Part shown: in pieces, positions 1-11,436 of the stretch
Position numbering within the stretch: position 1 is the first letter of the stretch
Layout of the letters: each line of letters begins with the position of its first letter
NCBI RefSeq assembly: GCF_009914755.1
Contig: NC_060931.1
Reading direction: 5' to 3' (one strand)
Source of the DNA: the human T2T-CHM13v2.0 reference genome, Homo sapiens
DNA: 64,000 nucleotides
The notes under the pieces: generated by a model
What the model saw: the letters and a program-made list of their open reading frames with translations, nothing else
The model's database searches: none
What the model was told of the DNA's origin: nothing
Made by a program: the position numbers and the translations under genes

Positions 1-1805
1 TTCTGCCTTTCTGCAAAATTACTGAATCAAAGTTTGAAGTAGTGCGTTCTTTAATGGATTTTATTTATAAAATCATCTTTACTGTAATCTGTGTTCCTTG
101 ACTTTTCATCAACATTGAAAACATTTTCTCTTAATTTTTTCTCATTAACATAATGAACCATATTCATTTCTTGGTCAGTTGTGAGCCATTCTTTTATTCC
201 ACTTGGATTGTTCATTTTAAGTGAAGGAGGCGGAGCCTTTAATGTATACGCAGACATTTTTTAAATAATAACAGGATATTTCTTAGTCTAGAGCTTGTAA
301 ATTCTTTAATATAAGGAGTTTTATAGGATTAAACAGTAGTTTCTCTGCGTTTCAGTTAACTATTTAACTTTATCAGAGTTTCAGGCATATCCAAAACACT
401 GAAAGCACCTGCATAGTGAATCAATGAAAAAAGAAAAGTTTTCCTCATTTTGCATTTTGAACTCTGAATAATATTTCTATCTACACAGCAGCCCAGAAAA
501 CAATAAAAGTATCACTTCATATAACATTGCATCGTTCCTGGATTCTCTACAGTTGTTTAGTTCTCCTCAAGTAAGCATATGCTTCTGAGACATTCTTTTA
601 CTTCAGGTAAATATAAGCAAAACAAAGAAAAATCATTTTGTCTATTTCTGCATCAGTTCTATAAGGAGCAAGTAAATTCTTTTATTTTCGTTTAGGTTGG
701 ATGTTGTCATATAAGGATAGATGGTAGTGTTCAACGTGTTCAAGATGGGTAGTAGGAATTCAATGGCCATGAGGTGTCATGGATCAAGGTCAGGTTTAGT
801 GAATCAGGTACTCTTCAGTAACAGGTGGTTCATACAAAGCATTGAAGCTTAAAGTTGCTGTGAGTTCAGCAAGCAGGAGGGTTGAGAAGACAGGCAGATG
901 GTTTAAAACTAAAGGTCAATAAGTGGGCAAGACTAGTTAAATGAGGCAGATACTCCCCAAAGATGGAATTCCAGAAAGGTGCTTGAAAAGGACTGAATTC
1001 TTAAAGCCTACTGCTGTTAGTATGTAGAGTTCTTGAGGAAACAAGCAGTTTGGCATAACTTAATCTACTAAGAAACTATAAGAAGGTGAAGGAAGTTGGA
1101 ACATCTTACTGGAAAAAGAATGAGGGAGTGAAGAGGGAATCTTGTGAATTCAAAACTTGCAGAAAAGCTATTCTGTTTCCTTTTTGTTTAGGTTCTCATG
1201 CACTAGCAGCTGCTAGAATAGATATTGGAAGGCAGGGCCAAAATAGGTCAGTTGTTCAGTTTTGCAAGATTATTGAGGATATAGAGAAATTAATTTGTGA
1301 AAACTCTGAAATCATCTGCAGCTCCATGTTTTTGTTTGAACTGAATAACTTAGGACTTTGAGAAGTCAAAGCCGTCAGAAAGTAACATGAAGTCCATTCA
1401 GCTGAATAAATGTCATATTTTGCTATTAGCATAGAAAAGAATCTTTAAAACTTCTTTCCAAAAAGCACTCAGTATTGACCCATATGTTCCAGTATAGTTG
1501 TGAACCATGTACAACTGATGTTTGACTTATTTGACTCAACATGAAAGGAATTTAACCAGCTGCCCTTGCTGAATCTTGTCTCCTGAATATGGTAAATGGT
1601 TTTTGTTTTTAATCTTAATACCTTAGATTTCTGCAGACCCCAGTTTTCTCTTTTAGAGTTAACTGATAATTATTGGATAGTATCTATAATATACCTGGCT
1701 GTTCTGTTCTGTACTGTGCTCTAGTATTAGTTTAAATGGTAGACTTTTCTCTTAAAGTAACTTTAATAGTTTAATAGTTAAAGTTACTTGAAGGTATGTT
1801 TTAGA

Positions 1806-2005
1806 TCAGGGACTGGCACTATGGCCTCCTGCTTTTGGTAAATAAAGTTTTATTGGAACACATCCATGCCGATTCATATACATGATGTCTATGGCTGCTT
1901 TGGCTTACGACAGCAGAGCTGAATGGTTGCAACAGAGTCATATGGCCCGCAAACCGAAAACATTTACCATTTGACTCTAACAAAAGCTTGTTGATCACCA
2001 TTCTG
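1806..2005. mobile_element. MER58A-like hAT-Charlie DNA transposon
   Basis: gtaaataaagttttattggaacac...tatggctgcttt...ggcccgcaaaccgaaaacatttac signature. Confidence 0.8.
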
Positions 2006-2009
2006 GTTT

Positions 2010-2205
2010 AGTTATTCTAAACCAAGTGTGGTCCTTGGAGCAGCAATTCAGCATCACCTCAGCATCACGTCGTATTGTTAGAAATATAAATTCTTGGACC
2101 CACCTACTGAGTCAGAAATTCTGGATATGGGCCCCAGCAATCCATGTTTTTAGAAACCTTCCAGGTGATTCTGATACACATTAAAAGTTTGAGAAACCCT
2201 CTTCT
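2010..2205. mobile_element. MER5A-like hAT-Charlie MITE
   Basis: cagcatcacct...ctactgagtcagaaattctg...ccaggtgattctgatacacattaaaagtttgagaa. Confidence 0.8.
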
Positions 2206-2254
2206 AGATCAGTGTTTCCCAAATGTTTGTCACACTTATTGCCTTTATTATTAT

Positions 2255-2551
2255 TTATTTTTATTTTTTATTTTTTGGAGACAGAGTCTCTGTCTCCCAG
2301 GCGTGAAATGCAGTGGCCTGATCTTGGCTCACTGCAACCTCCGCCTCTCGAGTTCAGGCGATTACCCTAGCTTCCCGAGTGGCTGAGATGACAGGCATGC
2401 ACTGTCATGCCCTGCTAATTTTTGTATTTTTAGTAGAGATGAGGTTTTGCCATGTTGGCCAGGCTGGTCTCAAACTCCTGACCTCAAGTGATCTACCTGC
2501 CTTGGCCTCCCAAAGTGCTGGTATTACAGGCGTGAACCACCATGCCTGGCC
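2255..2551 (-). mobile_element. AluS element
   Basis: Full dimer with TSD ttgcctttattattattta on both sides. Confidence 0.95.
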
Positions 2552-3098
2552 TTGCCTTTATTATTATTTACTGTTTTCTGTTTATTTAATATTTTCCTTT
2601 ATGTCAACTCACTTTCTAAAAATTTTAAGTTAATTTTAAAATGAAAGTTTATACCACCATAAAAATAAATACAATGAAAACAAAATGGTGTATTATGTAA
2701 CTAGACTCTTGTCACTTAGGGTTCCTGTGCTAAAAATTAGAAGTTGTTAAATTTATTAAACAAGTACTGTTGCAAAATGGGAACTTTTTTTCTTGACTTA
2801 ATTGTGATTAATAATTTCCTTACTGAGTGGTATTTAAAATGTCTTGTTGGCAAAATCATGTAACACCTAAAGTCATCTTTTGTGCAAATCTCATACTTTG
2901 GAAATTACTGTTCCAGGGAGTATTCATGTGAAAGGAAAGCTGTTTGAACTATATATATACCTAAGCCTGTAAGCAGAAATGACTGGACAGAAATACAAGC
3001 CTGTGAGACAGAGAGATCTAGGAGATCCCTAGAGAGGTCCATCAAGACCTCCAGGATGAAATTACCTCATTTAGCTCAATTTCTCACCTCTCCGTTAG

Positions 3099-3302
3099 TG
3101 CTTTGGTCCACGGGGGTCAGTGTTTCTGCAGGATTTCACCAACTGGTTCCACAGTGGGAATGTGAAGAGGTACCTGGCTGTGGGAAAAGCTGCTTATCAA
3201 AGAGAGGCCTGATAGAAATGCTAGGGAAAGTGGCTGTGAGCCTGCATTATGGACGGGAGCAGAGCGGCAGGGCATGTTGCTAGGACTAAGCAGTCGATTC
3301 AC
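3099..3302 (+). other. LUC7L2: Candidate poison cassette exon in intron 1 (204 nt) with in-frame TAG at 3281-3283
   Basis: Acceptor tttctcacctctccgttag|TG (alternative tgtttctgcag|G, start 3132), donor CAC|gtgagt. A GC/CpG-rich block in an AT-rich intron; the exon-1 frame equals ORF-track frame 3056..3283. Confidence 0.6.
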
Positions 3303-3714
3303 GTGAGTCTGGACACCATGTATAAATATTTTGAAAACTTCCTGTTACAATTTAATTTACTCCATTGTGTTAGAGGGAGTGCTTCCCTGCACATGGTGTT
3401 CTGTATATTTATTGGTTGATGTGCTTTAGGGTATAGTAATTATTTATAGCAATAGATTGATACCCAGGTTGCAGAGTTGCTTTAGTTATATCTTTATTTC
3501 CTTTTCTTAGAGATTATAGACATAATTTGCTTCTGTCATCTTTTGACCAAAAATCTAATGGGAATGAAGAATTACACTTGAATGTTTATTTTTAAGTAAT
3601 AAGTTCTGTGATAGTGATTATAGGTGTCTGCATTTAAAAAAATGTTTTAAAAAGTACAGAGGTCAAACAAGCATCTGTATGATTGAACAAATGTTATTTC
3701 GTATATTTCTGTCA

Positions 3715-4134
<420 letters not shown>

Positions 4135-4406
4135 TCACTGTGAGGCAGTATTTCTGCTGTGTTGTTTAGTTTTAAGGCTCACGTCTCCTTCATGGTGATC
4201 TGTTTTTCATTTTAACTTCTTCCTTTATCATTGGGTTGTCTATCACCTCTGTCCCTTGATATTTTCATCTTTTTTTTTCTTTTTTATTTCTTTTCCTTTG
4301 GATTTGGGGAGGCTCTAGTTGGCTTCTGTAGCTATCACCAGCTGATGAGAACTTGTCTTTTTTAATAGATAAATCAGCCAGTTACTTTTTCTTTGATTAT
4401 TTTCAG

Positions 4407-4531
4407 CTATTGCTTGATAGCCAAAGATAGCTTTCGTTACTTCTAATTTTGTATATAGAAAGTTCTGGATGATAGAAGGCACCGGCTATCCAGAGTGCAA
4501 TTGTTACTATGTCAGAATTACAGCTCTGCAA
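4407..4531 (+). other. LUC7L2: Candidate poison cassette exon in intron 1 (125 nt from 4407, or 73 nt from 4459)
   Basis: Acceptors tttttctttgattattttcag|CT and ttctaattttgtatatag|AA; donor CAA|gtaagtat (perfect +1..+8 match to U1). In-frame TGA at 4415-4417 or 4470-4472. Confidence 0.45.
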
Positions 4532-5736
4532 GTAAGTATCAAAATATAAAATTTAGCAGGCTGTAACTTTTTATGCCATATATCTTAAAATAAATTCTAT
4601 ATAACCTATTTTAGGACTTAATGTTAAAGTAACTATTCAGACTTTTCTGATGTCTCTTGTAAATTTAAGAAGAGGAATAGGCTGATAGATTTCCTAAAGC
4701 ACATACCCCCCAAAACATGATAGCATTGGTCCCTGCCAGCTACCAAGACCCTTTGCTTGTATTAATATAATGAGAGAAGATAGGTGCAGGGCATGGAATA
4801 GAGCCTTGGAATGGAGATTCTTTAGTATTCCTGTTCTCACATTTTCATCATCACCATTCTGGTTAGCTTCAAAAGATCCTACAAGGTTTTTCTTCTACTA
4901 ACAAGGCTGTTCCCCAGTTTCATTCTTATAATCTTGTGATATGGATTTTCACAGACAAGTGGGCCAGATTTTTAACATTTTAAAAACATTAATCTTTGAT
5001 CATATCCAGCAAGAATGAACTTGTTCTGGAGATTTCTTCTACAGTGGGCATCACATTTTAAAAATGTTTGGCTTGTCATGGGGATTATGGTGGGGGGTGA
5101 TACTGGTACCTATTTCTGATTATAAACTTATGGGACCATATGAACCAGAAGATTAAGAAGGATAGCTTTTCTGAGCTGTATAGCACCCTTGTGTTTACAT
5201 TTTCTGGAGGAAAGGAAAGCTGCTTTGTTTTATTAGGAACGACTTGATGTCACATTTGGAAGGCAGACTGTCATAATTGTTTTTTCCCGTTGCCATCTTT
5301 GGCATAGTACTCTTTCTTCCCTTTCCTTATGTAATAAATATATGCCTGGAAAGTTTTACATAGATCAAGACATATTAAATGTTTTCAAAGCATCTGTATT
5401 ATTATGTTAAGACATGGTGATGAGTCCTTTTGTAAAATGAACCCTATACTTTGGATGGTTTAAATATACAGTGGGTTAAACTGAGTGTATATATTAACAG
5501 GGGAACATGTAGCAAGGGAGTAATGTTTTTTTAAAAGGTTAATTACAAAAGGATTTGTATAGGTGGATTTTAAGCTGAATTCTAAAGGAACAACAAAGGT
5601 AGGTGGGAGAAGTTGGTAGAGTGGGTGAGAAAGTTTGAGGAAGATGTAAAAATGATCAGATTGGCTCCTTAGTATAAGAGTTACTGTGCAGCAGTAATCA
5701 TCGCTTTTACTTTGATTCCACATGAAGACACAAGGG

Positions 5737-6032
<296 letters not shown>

Positions 6033-6675
6033 TGACACAAGGTTTTACTTGTGCACTGCTTTAGATCTCTTCCTGCCCTGGACTAGACTAGAAATTGGCC
6101 ATGGATCTTTATACAGTTCCCACATTATTACGTGAACTCAGCAGCTTATGTTGGAAGAAATGGAGGGAAAAAGAGGGAGGAACGTTTCTCTGCATTTAGG
6201 GATTCAAGGGGTCAGGAAAACAAGCTTTAAGCTTTTGGTTGTACACCTCTCTAGCTCTAGCTTTCCTTTCACTGAGGGGTTATGGATCTTATTTCAGAGG
6301 GAAGGAAACTGTCCTGTCCCAAGCCCACTGTGACACGTGACCCTTAACTAGTATACCTGTGGGGAGGGCTTCAGTTGCCACCCTAGAGAATGTGGGAGGG
6401 CTTCCCTTCCCCTGCCCCCATTTGTAGACATGGGAGTGTCTCCATTGCTTTGTATGCTGTTGCATTCTCCTCCCTCCTTGTTTTCCCTAAGCTAAGCTCT
6501 AAGCTAATTCTGTACAAAATACTGATTGTTTTTGTAAATTGCTTGCCATGAATGCCTGATAATGTACAGTGAAATAGGATTCTGCATACCATTAAATATG
6601 TCAAATATTACAAACTTTAAGGTTCTTTTGAAATTACAATACTAAACTCAGTTCACTTTTGCTTAGCCTTCACAG

Positions 6676-6743
6676 TTGTTGATCACATAGCATGGTCATC
6701 CACTCACAGCTTAAAAAAATACAGGGAGCATCGGAGAGAATGG
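6676..6743 (+). other. LUC7L2: Alternative cassette exon in intron 1 (68 nt): frameshifting, with an ATG (6692) giving the N-terminus MVIHSQLKKIQGASERM(G)-DTTRQ
   Basis: Acceptor cttttgcttagccttcacag|TTG, donor TGG|gtaaag. The ATG frame joins exon 2 in phase, G-runs lie downstream, and I recall this as an annotated isoform. Confidence 0.8.
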
Positions 6744-6815
6744 GTAAAGTAAAATTTTGATGTTTTTAAAATAGCACCTAAATCTATGAAAGTTGATTTG
6801 GTTTCTTGTTTGTAT

Positions 6816-6854
6816 GGGAGGGAGAGGGTGGGTAGTACTGGGGGGAGGGGGCGG
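6816..6854 (+). promoter_or_regulatory. G-run / G-quadruplex motif (candidate hnRNP F/H intronic splicing enhancer)
   Basis: GGGAGGGAGAGGGTGGG...GGGGGGAGGGGG starting 73 nt after the weak donor at 6743. Confidence 0.55.
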
Positions 6855-7927
6855 ATATTGGGAAGATAGCATGCAAAGTATAAAATCATGTCAGATACTA
6901 CCTAGGCTAAGGTTGTAATGTTACTAATAAAATTTAAGTGTTAATATAAGTTTCAGAAAAGGCAGGACCATAGAATGGCAGTGTTGGGAATGACAGTGGG
7001 CTTATTTTTTCCCTCCTGATATATGGAAGGGGATTTTGAGAATAGCAGTATTTGAGTAAAATTTAGAGAGGAGGCCTCTTTTTAAAGTGACCTGTCTATA
7101 TTCCCTGGTGGAACTGACTGCCTTAGGCTCTGATACATTGGTGACAGACCTGGAGATGAATAATATGCATCCTCATTTTTATTGTATACTTGTGACTCAG
7201 GTGTTCTCAAAGGTTATAATTCATGAAACTCATGAAGGTGTTGAACAAAAGAGGGAGGAAAGAGAGTTGTTGCTTGGTAGAGAATTTGGTAGAAATAGGA
7301 ATTAATAGAAAAGTTGATGTTTCTATTAAAATGAAAAACACCTCACTTGCTAGAGTTCTAAATCAAGTTTCTAATTCTAAAAACTTGGCTGTGTAGTTAA
7401 GTACAAGGCCTGAATAACTATTGTAGAGGTTATAGGACAGAGAGATCTCCATGTTTTTATAGGTGGGATATTTTTTGTTGTTGACAGAAGTAACTTCGCC
7501 TGATCTCTGTTCCATTATTTTAATTTTTTTTTTTTACTTTATACACTAAAAATTTGGATTAAAAAATGAAAAATGTAAGAAATCAAATGTTACTCAAAAA
7601 GTATTGTTTTGCTCCCAACTCTGCAATTCTACATGAAGCCATTTGCCAAAGCCAGATATGGTTTACTTACTGTTCCCCCAAACCTTCTTGCTCTTATAAG
7701 CTTTGTCAAAGCTATTACTCCAGGTTGTAGTGCTTTTTTTTCTACTTTACTTTGATCTAAGTCCTGTCTTTCCTTCAAATTTTGGCTACTTATTGCATGA
7801 AGCTTTTTCCAATATTTCCATTCTTGGTGGTAATTTTAGTCTAAGAATTCCTGAAGTACTACCTAATTGAAACACACATTTGATACTTGGATCATGTTAT
7901 CTTGTATTATAACTTATTACTCCATTA

Positions 7928-8221
<294 letters not shown>

Positions 8222-9680
8222 TCATTGTGACAGGATACTTTTTCCCCCATAATAGGTTATTTTTATATGACTTTATGCCCACAAAACCCAAAGATAAAAC
8301 ACATTAAATTGAAAATAATTTCTTGTATTATAAGGTGATTTGGTTCCTATTTGCAGTTCTTTCTTCTTTTTATAAAATAGGTGCTGTTTTACCTAGTTTC
8401 TTATGAAAAACATGGTTTGGGCCAGATATCTTGACAGAAACCAAATTACCAGCATTTTTCTTTTAAAAATTATTGTTGGTTTAGCTGAATTGTACTGCCA
8501 TGGAATAAGCCCAAATAAATTTGTTAAGTACTGCATGGTTATGCAGCCAGATTGTTTTAAAATGTAAACCTTAAAGTCCCCAAGGCAGAACTTTAAAAAT
8601 ATCAATAAACAGTCAGTTGCTATTCTCTCTCAAGGTATTTCTGTATCTCAAATTATTAAGCGTTTTATTATTTCATTGTTTTAAAGATTTCTATAATGGC
8701 TGCTATTTGATAGCTGTATTTGTTGAGTTTGCTACGGTTATCAAATATTTATGGAGCACCCATTCATTTGCGGTGAGGAGTTATTTTAAAATGTTTTTTG
8801 GCATTTATAGAAACAGATTCTGATCTTAAAAGCTCACCAGGGAAAATATGTACAACTATTATGTATCCATAAAAATTTTAAAAAACACAAAAAAGCTCAC
8901 CAGGGATACTGCCTGGTTTGCTATATTCCTATTAGGAATTTGTTCATATTTTAACTGATAGCTGTGTCTTCAGGGCACAATAACTTAATATTTGAATATA
9001 AGTTGTTAAGCACAAATCAGTTACTCTGCCTGATGAAATGTTTGATTAGTAAAACTCCATGAATACTGATTTTATTCTAAGGCCTGAGCCATTAGTTTAA
9101 CAAAGCACTGAAATGATTCTGCTGTTGCCATTACCAAAACATTTAGATACTTTTAGCAGGAAGACTTATTAGATACATAAGGGATTTTTTTGTTTTGTTT
9201 TGTTTTTGTTTCAACTTTAAAATTTTATCATTTTAAAATTGCTTAATATAATTAGGGTACAGATTTAAAATGAAATTTTTTTCTTAAATGGTAGGAAGCA
9301 AAAAGCTTCTAATTAAATAGCATTGACATTCTGATATGAGTTTATCATAGCACCATTCTAACATGAGCTTGAGGTCCTCACCAAAGTCTTGATGAAACAT
9401 ACTTTTTAAAGAAATAATTTTTTAAAACCCCACTTGGCTCAAAGACATTGTCCAGAGCTCCAGCTTTGGACTTTTACCTGTAGTCAGTCATACAATTATC
9501 TGGGGTTATACTTGTTAAGTCAGTATTTAAAAAAATGAAACACCCTGATTTTGTTCACTTTTGTTTTTATATAAAAGAATCTTTACAGTCAACATGTACT
9601 TCTAGATGCTGTATTGAAATTGCTGGCAGAGTTTATTCTATACAAAATGAACAATCTGGCCCCTTGTTTTATTTGTAAAG

Positions 9681-9751
9681 GTTCAATGTATCTATGCCTG
9701 CCTACCTCAATCTGCAAGGGAGTGTCAGAAAGGCCCCGCATTCGCCAAGCC
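9681..9751 (+). other. LUC7L2: Alternative cassette exon in LUC7L2 intron 1 (71 nt): frameshifting poison exon, also carrying an ATG (9694) that gives the alternative N-terminus MPAYLNLQGSVRKAPHSPS(R)-DTTRQ
   Basis: Acceptor ccttgttttatttgtaaag|GTT, donor GCC|gtgagt. The ATG frame joins exon 2 in phase. CpG-retaining, repeat-free context. I recall this N-terminus as an annotated LUC7L2 isoform. Confidence 0.85.
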
Positions 9752-10910
9752 GTGAGTTATCGCTAACTTTTCAGATGTGTTAATGAATGTGGAACAAAAG
9801 CAGTTGTGTTTAAAAGGAAAAAGGACCATCAAAATAACTTTTATTATAGTAGCAGGCGTAAACACTAAACTGAATATTCCAAATTGTGTCAAAAATAACC
9901 TACTAGAGACGAGCTTCTAGAAAACCTATTGTTGAACTGCTCTGAAGCTATCATTTTAACTATAAATTACTGTTGTTAAAATTTTATATACCCTGGTTGC
10001 AAATTAGAATGTTTTAAAAATATCTTTAACCACGTTAAAACAATTTGAACAAAATCTTACCCCATCTAAAAATGATAGTGTTTAGTTGAATTTAAGTTAA
10101 GCTCTTTAGTATATGACCATATGAAGGGGTAAAGTTTTAATCTTTTTTGTTATTTACATGTGAAAATACAGAAACTAAGTGATTGAATCACATCCTACAC
10201 GAAAGTTTTTGGAGTGCTCCAGGCATATCATGTGAAATACAGAGGTATTTATATCTCTTTTGGCACCAATAGTTCTTGCTTCAGTAATTCACCAGTAGGT
10301 TTTCATTCATCGATAATATATCAGTTTAAGGCTAAAATAAAACACCTACATTTCTTAGGGCTTATCATTCTATATAGAAAGAGGAAACATCCTAATGAGT
10401 TTTTTCTTTTGTTTTTCCAAAGAGATTCTAAGCAAAAAAATTTTAACTAACATCTATATTTTGTTATTGGAGCTAGTTACCTTTCTTTTTCTTAGATTCT
10501 TTAACGTTTTGAGTAGATAGCCATATTTGATAAGCAGGTTGGATGCTTCTGTTGCTTAGGAGGTAGGTGTATTGTGTTATATGAAGACAGAATGAATTTA
10601 AATATACCCAGTTTGGCAGTATGAAAAAGCTCAGACTACATAAAACTTGGAGGTATGGAACCTTTGGACGCATTAAAGTTAACGTTTCATTAGGCAATGT
10701 GCCTTTGTTTGACTGGTGTGTAAGTCCTTCTTCCAGGTTTGTACGCTCTTAAACGCGTTATTCTACCCTCTCTAACTCCTCCCAGCAGCAAAAGGGAGAC
10801 ACTTCAGCTGGAACAAAATAGTGGAAGAAATGGCGTCTGGGGTTCAGTGGGGATTCGCAGTGTGTATGCAATGTTTGCAAGATTATTTTTTATGTTTTTC
10901 AATTACTGTA

Positions 10911-10916
10911 AATAAA
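10911..10916 (+). terminator. Candidate intronic poly(A) signal in intron 1
   Basis: TGTA directly adjoining AATAAA, preceded by a U-rich tract, about 430 nt upstream of exon 2. Confidence 0.45.
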
Positions 10917-10964
10917 AATATATCAATGCTTAGTGTCAAGAAGGGAACATTGTATACCAGTATA

Positions 10965-11085
10965 AACTCTCTTAGTGGGTCTGCAAGTTGCTTAACCTCT
11001 CGGGGCCTCAGTTTTCTCATCTGCAATATGAAGGAGTTGGACTCGATAATCTTTAAAGTCCATTCCTGCTCTAAAATCCTATGCT
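10965..11085 (+). mobile_element. MIR
   Basis: caagttgcttaacctctc...cctcagttttctcatctgcaatatgaaggagttggact MIR core. Confidence 0.8.
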
Positions 11086-11341
11086 TTTCTGAAGTACTCT
11101 ATTTAACAGAATGCATTGCTTTCTCACTTTGACTATTTGAATTATGTATGCAGTACACTTACTGCAACTGCATGTTGTCTAAAATAGTTTTTCTATAGGA
11201 TGTATATAAAAACTAATCCCTCTTGAGCTGATTTATAATGTGTGTATATAGCCACACATAAAAAGCTAGTAATAGTAGGGCTCTCAGAAAATACTTTCCA
11301 GTTGTCTAACCTTGAATGTTATTAACTCTTCTATATTACAG

Positions 11342-11436
11342 GAGATACAACTCGTCAACGAATCAAATTCAGTGATGACAGAGTATGCAAGAGTCACCTT
11401 CTCAACTGTTGTCCTCATGATGTCCTTTCTGGAACT
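11342..11436 (+). CDS. LUC7L2: LUC7L2 exon 2 (95 nt, phase 1->0): (G)DTTRQRIKFSDDRVCKSHLLNCCPHDVLSGT, N-half of zinc finger 1
   Basis: Acceptor ctcttctatattacag|GA, donor ACT|gtatgt. The manual translation matches the LUC7-family N-terminal CCCH zinc finger. Confidence 0.98.
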
